From the NCBI GenBank assembly GCA_964361405.1, contig CAYIAA010000004.1, positions 10,508 through 74,507 of the forward strand: 64,000 nt of DNA, in the 5' to 3' direction. Source of the DNA: an uncultured Candidatus Saccharibacteria bacterium. Its GTDB lineage: Bacteria > Patescibacteriota > Minisyncoccia > Phycocordibacterales > UBA3531. How positions within the stretch are numbered: the stretch's first letter is position 1; every line of letters begins with the position of its first letter. The notes under the pieces are model-generated. The model searched no databases and was not told the origin of the DNA. It saw only the letters and a list, made by a program, of their open reading frames with translations. This document shows positions 29,765-39,523 of this stretch, in pieces. A program made the translations under genes and the position numbers.

Positions 29765-30121
29765 ATGAATATACTGATTATCGCGGAACCAATAACAATA
29801 AGTGAGGTTAAGGCGCTTGCCGAGGTGACCTACGGGGACATGCTTAAAGGGGTCGTTGATATTGTCCGCGACCGTTGCGCGCTTGGTGGCGAGTGGCATA
29901 TAGATGCTAATAATGTCCTTCTTGCCGACGGGTCGCGGCAGGAAAATCTTTGGGGATTCAACATTTATCCAGATCGCCACGGGGACGAAGCTCTTGAATA
30001 CGTGTCGCTTATCAATGTGCGTCCCGCGCACGGAAACACAGCAATGGAAATCAGCGATACAAACTTACGAAGCACGATGCGCAGTATTATCAAGCGCCTC
30101 GTCCCCGACTTATTTTCATGA
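29765..30121 (+). CDS. DUF5674-like protein
   Basis: 'MLKGVVDI', 'GGEWHID...LL..GS.QENLWGFNIYP', 'SLINVRP'. Confidence 0.7.
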   Translation: MNILIIAEPITISEVKALAEVTYGDMLKGVVDIVRDRCALGGEWHIDANNVLLADGSRQENLWGFNIYPDRHGDEALEYVSLINVRPAHGNTAMEISDTNLRSTMRSIIKRLVPDLFS

Positions 30122-30387
30122 AGGAACGGAGCGCAAAATTTTACTTTGCAAATTTATGTGCGGATGTTATGCGCTGTATTATCGCTGCAGAAGCCCTTGA
30201 TGCGGAGCGTTATCGCTCGTCACTTGCCCGCGCCAGAACAACACTTTCGAGAATTCGTGATACCCGCCGTTATGAAGCGTATGAAGAAGGACTTCTGCTC
30301 ATTCGCGCCTTGGAGCACGCCCGAGAGGGAAACACCTTGGGGGTATTCCGTCGTCAAGTAAATCAACTGGCAACGAGCATAGCGTAA
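30118..30387 (+). CDS. Hypothetical helical protein
   Basis: ATGA-coupled to the upstream gene. Confidence 0.6.
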   Translation: MKERSAKFYFANLCADVMRCIIAAEALDAERYRSSLARARTTLSRIRDTRRYEAYEEGLLLIRALEHAREGNTLGVFRRQVNQLATSIA

Positions 30388-30399
30388 CCTTGGGTATCA

Positions 30400-31746
30400 C
30401 TACTGATACAACCCTTTCACGTGGGAGAGAAGTATGCCCACGTCTTTCCAGTAATCGTCTGAACCGAGGACGATAACCGCAAGCGGGCGCCTTTCTCCCT
30501 TCATTGCGGTTTCAAATAAAGCTACCATGGTGCCGCCAGCGGCGGTCGTTTGTCCCACTTTGCCGCCGATGAACTCTGGGTTATCACGAAATCCGTTCAT
30601 GCTTTTAACGTTTGAAAATGCGGAAGCGTAGGCGCTTCCTTTCACCGAGCCCGCGCTCACGCTCAAAATGAAGACACGGTTTAGGTAAAGATAGCGGGCC
30701 AGGATAAAGAGATCCTCCGGCGTTGAGATATTTCCCGCACTCGCACCCGTTGGATCGGTAAATGTAGTATTTTTCATCCCAAGCGCCTGCGCCTTTTTAT
30801 TCATCAGTTCGACAAAATAAGTGGGGCCGAGATGGCGTGAGATTGCAAGCGCGGCTTCATTCGATGACTCGAGGAGAATGAGGTTTAGGAGGTCATATGC
30901 GGTGTACTCTTTCCCGATAATGAGCCGCGGCTTTGATGTGCTTGCGATCATCGAAGGAGTTATGGTTATGCTTTTGTCGAGATTTATATACTCGGTTGCG
31001 ACAACGGCAGTCATCAGTTTTGTGACCGAGGCAATTGGAGCTTTTTCTCTCGACCCACGGTCGAGGAAAACGAAGTTATTTTTTAGGTCGGCGACGAGAT
31101 ATTGTTTGGCGAAAACCTCCGGGGTATGGAGACCATGCTTGAAGGAATCGCTCGCGAAGTCATCCTCAAAAACAAGGACCGGTGTTCCAATACTCGCCAT
31201 GCTGAATACTTTTGCGGCATCCATCGTGGCAATACGTACACATCCTCCGGTGTAGCTCGAGCTCACTGGCTCACCCGTGTCATCGGTGGGGACACCGTGG
31301 ATGAAGAAGTTACCTTGAAATTGCATGCTCCATGGCATCGTGACCCGTCCGATGGATGAGAAATGCGTAGTTTCTTTACTCTCAATCTGGTAGATTCCGG
31401 CCGGCGTTTCCCACCACGAACCCTTTCTGCCTTTGGTGAGGATTGGCACATCAAATACGGGTGACCCAGCATTAAACACCGTGAGTTTCATCTGCGAAAG
31501 ATTTACTTCGATAAAGTTTGCTTTTTGTTCGACAAAATCTTTGTGGACGCGGTTAAAAAAATCAACGTTCGCGAGTGCAGTTTGAGGGCCATAGGAGAGT
31601 TTTATTTCACCTCCGTTCTCAAGCGGAACACGAAGTTCATACTCATAGGCAATATCTTTCCAAGCGAGCGTGAAGAGGGCAGTCGCCCCGGCAACGCAGA
31701 GGATGATTGCGATGGCTATTGAAAATGGGATCTGCTGGTGAAACAA
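30400..31746 (-). CDS. L,D-transpeptidase / D,D-carboxypeptidase (S11) fusion
   Basis: 'ETPAG', 'FFIHG...TGGCVRI' then 'IASVTKLMTA', SSN, KVG. Confidence 0.82.
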   Translation of the reverse strand: MFHQQIPFSIAIAIILCVAGATALFTLAWKDIAYEYELRVPLENGGEIKLSYGPQTALANVDFFNRVHKDFVEQKANFIEVNLSQMKLTVFNAGSPVFDVPILTKGRKGSWWETPAGIYQIESKETTHFSSIGRVTMPWSMQFQGNFFIHGVPTDDTGEPVSSSYTGGCVRIATMDAAKVFSMASIGTPVLVFEDDFASDSFKHGLHTPEVFAKQYLVADLKNNFVFLDRGSREKAPIASVTKLMTAVVATEYINLDKSITITPSMIASTSKPRLIIGKEYTAYDLLNLILLESSNEAALAISRHLGPTYFVELMNKKAQALGMKNTTFTDPTGASAGNISTPEDLFILARYLYLNRVFILSVSAGSVKGSAYASAFSNVKSMNGFRDNPEFIGGKVGQTTAAGGTMVALFETAMKGERRPLAVIVLGSDDYWKDVGILLSHVKGLYQ

Positions 31747-31802
31747 GTCGCTTTGAGTTGATAGTAAAGAATTTCTGCTCTCGTGGTTTCAGGCAGAGCT
31801 TC

Positions 31803-32636
31803 TTATGGCTGTAGAATATCTTTGGTCCGGCCGTCGACGGAAATAATCACATCCTTTACGGTCGAGAACTGTTTGAGTGTTTCTTCGATCTGGGCGCGGA
31901 TTGCTGTCACACGGCATGAACCACCGACTGCGCGTTCGAGTTCGCTATCGAACTTTGCGGTCCCGACACCATTGGTGATGGTGAGTTTTTCTAGAGTGAC
32001 ACCGGGGTTCACTGATGTATAGAAGCCTTCATTTTTTTCTTCTAGGGTCGGACCCTTGAGTAGTTCTAGAAGTGCCGCGCGCCCAACATCAGGGCGCTTG
32101 GGAATTTCCCGGAGTACCGGGTACACGAGAGCGCAATCGAGGGTTTCTGGATTTTTAACGCTGTTGCCAAAGTAGACCTTCACCGACATGCGTTCCCCGG
32201 CATTCTCACGGAAGCTCACCGGAATTCGGAAACTGTCGTCATGTTCGGGCAGACCGGATGGATTGTCTTTCATGAAAACGACAAAACCTTCTGTGGTGTC
32301 GTCAGCATTGAAATCTACCTTTCCGGAAAAGGGGACAAAATTTTCCGTCATCCATTCGCTCTCTGCCTGCGCTATTCCCACACCGAGTTCTTTACCCGTT
32401 TTGTCGGTCACACTGACGGGGAAAGATGCCTCAAAAAACCACATTCCCCGCGCTTCACCGCTGAAAGCGAGGGGGCTCTCGACTGTATCGCCCGTTTTCG
32501 GCGCACTCACTCGTATAAGATCGTCTTTTTCTCCACTCCCATTCTCTCCGTAGTTTGTGAGAAGTCTAACGAAAAGAAAAAGAAATCCGAGCACGATCAG
32601 GATACCGAATGCTATTGTAGTTAGATTTTTGCTCAT
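31803..32636 (-). CDS. Gmad2 Ig-like + GerMN domain protein
   Basis: 'G.ARG.WFFEASFPV', 'DNPSGLPE', 'LLKGPT', 'QIEETLKQFSTV..V.ISVDG'. Confidence 0.8.
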   Translation of the reverse strand: MSKNLTTIAFGILIVLGFLFLFVRLLTNYGENGSGEKDDLIRVSAPKTGDTVESPLAFSGEARGMWFFEASFPVSVTDKTGKELGVGIAQAESEWMTENFVPFSGKVDFNADDTTEGFVVFMKDNPSGLPEHDDSFRIPVSFRENAGERMSVKVYFGNSVKNPETLDCALVYPVLREIPKRPDVGRAALLELLKGPTLEEKNEGFYTSVNPGVTLEKLTITNGVGTAKFDSELERAVGGSCRVTAIRAQIEETLKQFSTVKDVIISVDGRTKDILQP

Positions 32637-32680
32637 GGTTTTGTGATGGTAGCAGTTTTAGGTTGGAGAGGCAATGGAGT

Positions 32681-32716
32681 AAAAAAACAAAATCCCGCGA
32701 TTAAGCGGGATTTTGT
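32681..32716 (-). terminator. Intrinsic terminator of the RNA-binding protein gene
   Basis: 12-bp stem ACAAAATCCCGC/GCGGGATTTTGT followed by a T-run on the minus strand. Confidence 0.75.
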
Positions 32717-32757
32717 GTGGCTATCGCCTGACCTACCGATAGGCAGGCCGAAGAAAA

Positions 32758-33099
32758 TTAATATCTTCCCCCGCGACCTCCACCGAATCCTCCACGATCT
32801 CCACCGAAACCGCCGCGGCTTCCACCACCACCACCACCATTAGTCCGCTCGGTCATGGGGCGCGCTTCATTCACGACGATGGTCCGGTCTCCCAATTGGT
32901 GGCCGTTCAACGTCTGGATGGCTTTCTGCGCCTCATCGTCGTTAGACATCTCGACGAAGCCAAATCCTTTGCTCCGTCCGGAGATTCTGTCGGTGATTAC
33001 CTTGGCAGAGTCGACGGTGCCCGCTTGCGCGAAGAGCTCAGAGAGCTCGGCATCGGTCGTCTCATACGGAAGGCTTCCGACATATAACTTCTTTGCCAT
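32758..33099 (-). CDS. RRM RNA-binding protein with Gly/Arg-rich tail
   Basis: RNP2 LYVGSL, RNP1 KGFGFVEM, 'VNEARP'. Confidence 0.93.
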   Translation of the reverse strand: MAKKLYVGSLPYETTDAELSELFAQAGTVDSAKVITDRISGRSKGFGFVEMSNDDEAQKAIQTLNGHQLGDRTIVVNEARPMTERTNGGGGGGSRGGFGGDRGGFGGGRGGRY

Positions 33100-33289
33100 A
33101 ATAACTTTTCACTAGGTACGGTGCACCGTCTTACTTAAAAGTAGCCGAAACACACGTATAACTTAGTATGTCCCTGTATCGACTGCGCACCTCTATTTAA
33201 TGATGCAAACAAGGTATCGAGGACAATAGCACAGATAGTTTGAATATGCAATAGTTCAATGCCTTACCATGAAGGGTGCTACACTGTAG

Positions 33290-34192
33290 TTGAGAAAAAT
33301 GCTTAAGGTATGGCTTAACGGCAAGATTGTTTCGGAGCAGAGAGCTCGCGTGTCCATTCGCGCACACGCTCTTCACTACGGCACCGGCGTCTTTGAGGGA
33401 ATCCGGTTTTACGATACGGAAAAAGGGAGAGCAATTTTTAGACTTGATGATCACATCAAGCGTCTCCGTTACTCCGCTCGGGCAATCGGGGTGCAAAATA
33501 TTCCAACTTCGGCAACTATACAAAAAGGAATCATAGACATACTCCGTGCGCACACGTACCGCTCTGGGTATATCCGCCCGATTATTTTTTTCGGAGAAAG
33601 TAATCTTGGGCTTTCCACAGAGGGTCTCAAGGCAGATTTTGCCGTTATTGTTTTGCCGTGGAAAAAATATCTTGCGAAGACATCTATTTCACTCAAGACC
33701 GCAGAGACGCGGCGATTTAACCCGCGCGCATTCGACCCGAACGCGAAGATAAGTGGTGTGTACGTAAATTCAATCACGGCGCACCGCGAAGCGGAAAAAG
33801 CTGGGTGCGACGAGGCACTTCTTCTTGGGGACGACGGCTCGGTCGCTGAAGGAGCAGGGGAGAATATTTTTATCATAAAGCGAGGAGTTCTCTATACGCC
33901 GCCCCGGGGGAATATTCTTCCCGGCATTACGCGGAAGACTGTATTTGAAATTGCAAGAAATTTTAAAATCCCCGTGCGGGAAAAACGCCTCCGCCTCGCC
34001 GATCTCTATCGCGCCGACGAATGTTTCCTCACGGGCACTGCCACGGAAGTGACGCCGGTCGGGCGTATTGACGGGAAATTAATCAATCGCGGCCGCGTTG
34101 GGGACAGTACGTCCCGGATCAGTGACAGATTTCAAGAGATTGTGAATGGTCGCGCGCGGAGCTATTGGCACTTACTCACATTCGTCGGGTAG
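33290..34192 (+). CDS. ilvE: Branched-chain amino acid aminotransferase
   Basis: 'LHYGTGVFEG', AK..G.Y, 'AEGAGENIF', 'LPGITR', 'GTATEV.P'; start may be ATG 33299. Confidence 0.9.
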   Translation: MRKMLKVWLNGKIVSEQRARVSIRAHALHYGTGVFEGIRFYDTEKGRAIFRLDDHIKRLRYSARAIGVQNIPTSATIQKGIIDILRAHTYRSGYIRPIIFFGESNLGLSTEGLKADFAVIVLPWKKYLAKTSISLKTAETRRFNPRAFDPNAKISGVYVNSITAHREAEKAGCDEALLLGDDGSVAEGAGENIFIIKRGVLYTPPRGNILPGITRKTVFEIARNFKIPVREKRLRLADLYRADECFLTGTATEVTPVGRIDGKLINRGRVGDSTSRISDRFQEIVNGRARSYWHLLTFVG

Positions 34193-34239
34193 CGTCGTAT
34201 GAGCGGGTCTTGGGAAGGGAGGCCAAGGCTCGAAATTTG

Positions 34240-34712
34240 TGCGACTCCCGTCACGCTTCCCCACTTGGAAGCGAAGCTTCCAAGTGGGGACTTTCGCATA
34301 CTGTGGACCCGCGGGGAGTCGGTCATCCCGCCAAGCGGGACGACCCCGCCTCACTCGCCTGTGCTCGTTCCGGCCTGCGACTCCCTGCAAATATACTGCC
34401 TAATTGTGGTCACGAGTCACTAAGTATATTGCTTCGCATTGCTCGCAATCTACGTAAGTGCTCGCGACCCCGGCTCGTGGTTTCGCCTCTCGACGAAACA
34501 TCACTGCGCCTTCCACAAGCTAAAAATTACGAGCAGTCGTAATTTTGCTTACGCTTGTGGACCCGCGGGGAGTCGGTCACATATAATTTTCTGCTGAAAA
34601 TTTATGCGACCCCGCCTCACTCGCCTGTGCTCGTTCCGGCCTGCGATCCCCGCCACGCTTCGCTACAGTATGCAAAAATCCCCACTAAAAAAGCAGGGAC
34701 TTTCGCATACTG
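34240..34712 (-). repeat. tRNA-3'-end-anchored array of direct and inverted repeats with structured modules
   Basis: 20-nt repeat at 34302, 34556, 34711; 40-nt exact repeat at 34341 and 34607; 35-nt repeat at 34287 and 34696. Confidence 0.85.
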
Positions 34713-34783
34713 TGGACCCGCGGGGAGTCGCACCCCGGATTCGTCCATGCCATGGACGCGTGTTACTGCTATACTACGGGCCC
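34713..34783 (-). tRNA. tRNA-Ala(GGC)
   Basis: GGGCCCG/CGGGTCC acceptor with G3:U70; CGTCC-ATGGCAT-GGACG with A32/U38; atypical D-loop and TGCGACT T-loop; no CCA. Confidence 0.8.
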
Positions 34784-34929
34784 GTTACGGATTACGGATT
34801 CAATTATACACAGATATACACAGAGTTGCGGAAAATGAAAAAAAGAAGGTTCTCTTTCTTAGTATACTCTATAGATATGAACGCCCAAGAGTTTCTGGGG
34901 TGCGCTTTTGTGGTTAGAAGCCCATCTAA

Positions 34930-37900
34930 GTGACTAAAATAAAAACAGTGTCATTCAAGCACGCACGTTTCTTATTTGTCTTCGCTGTTCTTGTTGGGGG
35001 AGTGCTTTTCCTAGGCTTGGCGTCACCGAGGACCAGTTTTGCCGCCGCTTGCCAGTCTGCCGCTCCCGGCGGCGCCAACTGGTCAAATGCAGGTGCGTGG
35101 ACGAACTGTGGTGGGACTACCCCGGGTGCCGCTGATACCGTTCAAATCTTGAACGGCGATGTCGTGGCTCTAGACACTAATGCTACTACTACCTCCATTA
35201 CCATCGACAATGGAGGCCTTTTGTACGAAGATGGGGCTCGCGTCTTGGTTGTTTCCGGTGGCTGGACTAATAACGGAACGTTTACGAGTGGCACCGGTTT
35301 GGTGAAATTTACTGGCACTCAAACGATTACTGGCACGACAACTTTCAACGGTCTTGAATTCGCCCCTACCTCTGCCGCCACCTTCACCATCGCCTCCGGC
35401 ACTTTTGCCACGACAACAGGGACCCTAACCATCAGTGGTAGTAACAACGTCACCCTCAATACCGGCAACCTTAATGCTCAAGGCAATATTATGGTTACTA
35501 ACAGTGGCACTGGGGGCGGTGGCACGGCAACCATTACGATCAACGGAACAGGAAGTCAGACCTTGACCGGACCCTCAACACTTGGTCAGGGAATATTACC
35601 CAACCTTACCTACAACAAAACTTCAGGCTCATTTTCCGCGACCGGCAACATTACCGTGAGCGATTTTAGGATTAACGCTGGCACGTTTACCTCGACATCC
35701 GGCACGCTGGAAGTGCAAGGCTCGACCCTCAACATGAGTGGCGGCACGTTTACGCATAACGGCGGCACCGTGAGGATTAAATATTCAATGACCCTCACCG
35801 GCTCGCAGACATTCAACAATTTAGAGCTCATACCGACAGGCGGGCGCACGCTCACCATCGCCTCTGGCACCTTCGCCACGACAACCGGAACCCTGACGTA
35901 CGGTACGTACAGCAACTCTTCCGCCGACAGAATGACCATCAATACCGGCAACATTGACGCGCAGGGCGATATCACGGTTACCAATGTCAGCACTATTTTA
36001 GGCGGCGGCACGGCGACCATTACGATCAACGGCACGGGAGCGCAGGTTTTCACCGGGCCGGCGACGCTCAACGCCAACCCCCTTGCGCGTCTCCCGAAAA
36101 TTACCATAGACAAGCCATCGGGCACACTCACCTTGGCCGGCTTTATCACGGTCGCCGGCAACTGGACGTATGTCCGCGGTACCGTGGACGCGACCACCAA
36201 CGATTCAACCGTCGTCACCATAGCCAACATTACCTTCGACGGCCAGGGGACTTCCGCGACCATGGCATTTGACAACATACGGGTACATGCTGGCACGGTT
36301 ACCTTGGGCGGCAATCTCGACATGGACGGTAACTTGACAATAATTTCTAGCAGATTTCTCGTTGCCGCAGACTTCAGCGTCAATGTCGCCGGCGACTGGA
36401 GCAATAGCGGCACCTACACATCAGGAACCAACACAACCACTTTCGACGGCAGTGGCACCTCTACTATCACCACCGGCGGAACGGGTACGGGCAATGATTT
36501 CCAGGATTTCACCGTCGACAAGTCTGGCGGCGCAACTGCGCAACTTCTGGGACCCCTGGACGTGGACGGCACCCTCACGATTACGGCCGGCACTTTGGAC
36601 TTGAATACCCAGAACCTCTCCACCGTCACCACCTGTGATAATTCCGCCACCTTCAAACTTGCCGGTGATGAAACTATTTCATGTACACCAACCAATAATG
36701 CCGGCTCCACGGTGGAATATACCGCTACGACGACCACCAGAAACATCAAAGATTGGACATATCATCACCTCACGGTGAATGGTAGTGGTGGCACATTCAC
36801 CTCCGGCGCTGACGAAACCATTGGTGGTAATCTCACTGTTTCTGCTGGGACCTTGGACACCTCCACCGGCTCCCGTACGTTTACTGTCAATAACACCCTG
36901 ACGGTAAACGGTGGCACACTCACAGCGACGAATGGCACCTTAAATGCCAACCGCGATGTATCTCTTACCTCCGGGACGCTCACGGCACCCTCGGGCGTCT
37001 TCACCGTCTTAGGCAACTGGGTCCAATCAGGCGGCACTTTCACGCACTCATCGGGCACGGTCACGTTTGCGAGCACTTCTGTCCAGACTTTGAACTCCGG
37101 CGGCTCCACCTTTAATGCTATTTCTCACAATGCCGGCGGCACGCTCCGCTTTTCCACGAATCCTCTCTACGCGTCCTCGACCGTCACCAATTCTGACGGC
37201 ACTTTTGACGCGAATGACCTCGCCGTCCTTGCTGACGGATTGGTTACGGTGAGTGGGGGAGAATACCAGTCAAAAACTGCTTCGAGCACTTTTAGTGGCG
37301 GTTTAACCGTCTCCGGCGGCACGTTCACTGGCTCGACTGGCGGGGTAGAGGTGAATGGTAATCTGGCTTTATCCTCCGGAACGCTCACGGCACCCTCGGG
37401 CCCTTTCCTTGTCTCCGGCTCCTGGTCACAAACGGGTGGCACATTTACTCCCGGTACCGGTACGGTGAGGTTTGATGGAACTGCGGCGGGTAATACGATT
37501 AACACTGGTGGCACATCTTTTTATCAATTGACGGTGAACGGTTCGGGCGGTGCCTGGACACTCGCCACTTCTAACGCCACTACCACTGCCACTACAACCG
37601 TCACCGCCGGCACCTTGACCGTGCCGGCAACTCTCACCCTCAGCACTGCCTCAACTACTATCAACGGGGGAACGCTTACCGCAACCTCTGGCACTTTGGA
37701 TATAAATGGCAACCTCACTCTTTCCTCGGGAACGCTCACCGCGCCGTCGGGGACAATGACGCTCTCCGGAAATTTTACTAACTCGGGCGGCACGTTCACT
37801 CACAGCTCTGGTACCTTTACCTTGGACGGTGCCGACCAGACTCTTTCCGGCGCTACTATCTTTGGGAATCTCACTAAGACTGTCACCAGTGCTCGCATAC

Positions 37901-39495
37901 TCACTTTTGATAATGCTTCCACGCAGACTATTGCCGGCACTCTCACTCTTCAAGGAGCGGCCACTACCCTCCTCTCGCTCCACTCTGACGTTGACGGCAC
38001 CCAATGGGAGATCGATCCCCAAGGTACTCGGGACATTTCCTATATTGATGTCAAAGATTCCAACAACACCAATGCCACGGCCATTAACTGTATCAGTGAG
38101 AAAAGATGCACTGACTCGGGCAACAACACCAACTGGACCTTTGTCCAAGCCGCGAGTGCCCAAACCTCGAGCGAAACCACATCAAGCGGCGGGGGTGGCG
38201 GAGGAGGGGGACCAATAGGATTATTCGGGAGTATCGGTATTTCGATTCCATCCATTTCGGTCGTTGAAACAGTTACCCCGGTCGTTGAAACGATACATGA
38301 ATTTATAGAAGAAATAACGCCTTCTCTTATCCCTTTCATACCAGAGATATTCCGACCGAAGCCGCCACTTGCTGAAAAATCCCCCTCGGAGGCCGTGGAA
38401 ACTGTTACCCCGCCGTCATTCGCCGGCACATGGAAACTCTTGAATACCCAAAAGATCGGTGCCTTTGCTTTTGCACCATTGCCACCGGCCCTTGCCGCCC
38501 TCGTCGTGAAATTCCCCGAACTTGAAAAAACATTTGCGAAAGTCGGTGTGGTGCGTTTCTCGGATGTCGAGAAACTCGAAGGCGTGTCACTGCACTTACC
38601 ATCGTTTAGTGAAGTCGCTGACCTTCCAACCGAAGTGATATTTGCCAGCGCAGGGAAAAGACTTTTTGATTATAATTTGGCGCTCGACGTATCGGGGAGC
38701 GGAGAGTTGACACAGCGCCTCAACGCCGTTTCCGGTCAGCTGCTCGAACTTTCTGTCCGGCCGGAGCATGCGGTAACAAGTATCGATGGATATCTCACTC
38801 TGAAAACGAGCGCGTTCTCGGAAGATACGGAGACGATACCGGCACGATCTCTCACCGCGGGGCTTATTATGTCGCACGCGGTTTTTGCACAGTCGATTTC
38901 AGATAAAGTTAAGATCGAAGATCGGCTTCTTCTTACCTCATTTGACTATGCTGATCCTGACTACGACGGTGTGTACACCGCAGCTCTTCAGGCGCCCCTC
39001 GTCGCTGGGAATTTTGAAGTTATTACGATTATTACTTACGAAGACCCGAAACTCGGCAGAAAGGAACTTCGGTTGACGCTCGTTGTTGACCCAGAGGGCT
39101 ATGTCTATAGCCTGGTTTCAGGTGGCGAGCTCCGTATAGAAAATGCCCTCGTCACAATTTACTGGAAGAATGAAGAAACAGGGGCTTTCGAGATTTGGAA
39201 CGCACGGGAGTTCCAGCAAGTGAATCCGCAAACGACTGAAACAAGCGGTGAATACTCTTTCCTTGTCCCGCCCGGCACCTATTATCTTTCCGTACTCGCG
39301 TCCGGGTATGAGCCCTACACGAGCGAACCATTCCCAGTTCTCGTTGGGTCCGGAGTCCATCGGAATATTGAACTCACCCCCCAGGGCGGTATATTCCGTC
39401 GGATAAATTGGATAGTAGTGGTCGGAGTGTTCCTCACACTCTCCCTCCTCTACAATTTCTATCGGGATCGGACAAGGTTGCGAAGTGCTTCATGA
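34930..39495 (+). CDS. Large Thr/Gly-rich surface protein (beta-helix-like repeats, carboxypeptidase-regulatory-like domain, C-terminal TM)
   Basis: Signal peptide, repeated 'GTLTAPSG...GGTFT', poly-Gly linker, 'DPEGYVY', 'G.YSFLVPPGTYY', TM followed by basic tail. Confidence 0.8.
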   Translation: MTKIKTVSFKHARFLFVFAVLVGGVLFLGLASPRTSFAAACQSAAPGGANWSNAGAWTNCGGTTPGAADTVQILNGDVVALDTNATTTSITIDNGGLLYEDGARVLVVSGGWTNNGTFTSGTGLVKFTGTQTITGTTTFNGLEFAPTSAATFTIASGTFATTTGTLTISGSNNVTLNTGNLNAQGNIMVTNSGTGGGGTATITINGTGSQTLTGPSTLGQGILPNLTYNKTSGSFSATGNITVSDFRINAGTFTSTSGTLEVQGSTLNMSGGTFTHNGGTVRIKYSMTLTGSQTFNNLELIPTGGRTLTIASGTFATTTGTLTYGTYSNSSADRMTINTGNIDAQGDITVTNVSTILGGGTATITINGTGAQVFTGPATLNANPLARLPKITIDKPSGTLTLAGFITVAGNWTYVRGTVDATTNDSTVVTIANITFDGQGTSATMAFDNIRVHAGTVTLGGNLDMDGNLTIISSRFLVAADFSVNVAGDWSNSGTYTSGTNTTTFDGSGTSTITTGGTGTGNDFQDFTVDKSGGATAQLLGPLDVDGTLTITAGTLDLNTQNLSTVTTCDNSATFKLAGDETISCTPTNNAGSTVEYTATTTTRNIKDWTYHHLTVNGSGGTFTSGADETIGGNLTVSAGTLDTSTGSRTFTVNNTLTVNGGTLTATNGTLNANRDVSLTSGTLTAPSGVFTVLGNWVQSGGTFTHSSGTVTFASTSVQTLNSGGSTFNAISHNAGGTLRFSTNPLYASSTVTNSDGTFDANDLAVLADGLVTVSGGEYQSKTASSTFSGGLTVSGGTFTGSTGGVEVNGNLALSSGTLTAPSGPFLVSGSWSQTGGTFTPGTGTVRFDGTAAGNTINTGGTSFYQLTVNGSGGAWTLATSNATTTATTTVTAGTLTVPATLTLSTASTTINGGTLTATSGTLDINGNLTLSSGTLTAPSGTMTLSGNFTNSGGTFTHSSGTFTLDGADQTLSGATIFGNLTKTVTSARILTFDNASTQTIAGTLTLQGAATTLLSLHSDVDGTQWEIDPQGTRDISYIDVKDSNNTNATAINCISEKRCTDSGNNTNWTFVQAASAQTSSETTSSGGGGGGGGPIGLFGSIGISIPSISVVETVTPVVETIHEFIEEITPSLIPFIPEIFRPKPPLAEKSPSEAVETVTPPSFAGTWKLLNTQKIGAFAFAPLPPALAALVVKFPELEKTFAKVGVVRFSDVEKLEGVSLHLPSFSEVADLPTEVIFASAGKRLFDYNLALDVSGSGELTQRLNAVSGQLLELSVRPEHAVTSIDGYLTLKTSAFSEDTETIPARSLTAGLIMSHAVFAQSISDKVKIEDRLLLTSFDYADPDYDGVYTAALQAPLVAGNFEVITIITYEDPKLGRKELRLTLVVDPEGYVYSLVSGGELRIENALVTIYWKNEETGAFEIWNAREFQQVNPQTTETSGEYSFLVPPGTYYLSVLASGYEPYTSEPFPVLVGSGVHRNIELTPQGGIFRRINWIVVVGVFLTLSLLYNFYRDRTRLRSAS

Positions 39496-39523
39496 ATAGT
39501 ATAATCACGAGCGTGCCCACTAT

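Noticed and set aside
34478-34510. Hammerhead ribozyme (TGATG...GAAAC on the minus strand)
   Set aside because: Lacks CUGANGA; the GAAAC is paired in a simple stem
34287-34730. CRISPR array
   Set aside because: Repeats are tRNA 3' ends with irregular spacing (254 and 155 nt), the intervening sequences are related to each other, and no cas genes are present
34302-34783. tmRNA (Ala-type acceptor, TGCGACT T-loop)
   Set aside because: The 5' end closes into a 71-nt cloverleaf with a GGC anticodon; no convincing tag reading frame found
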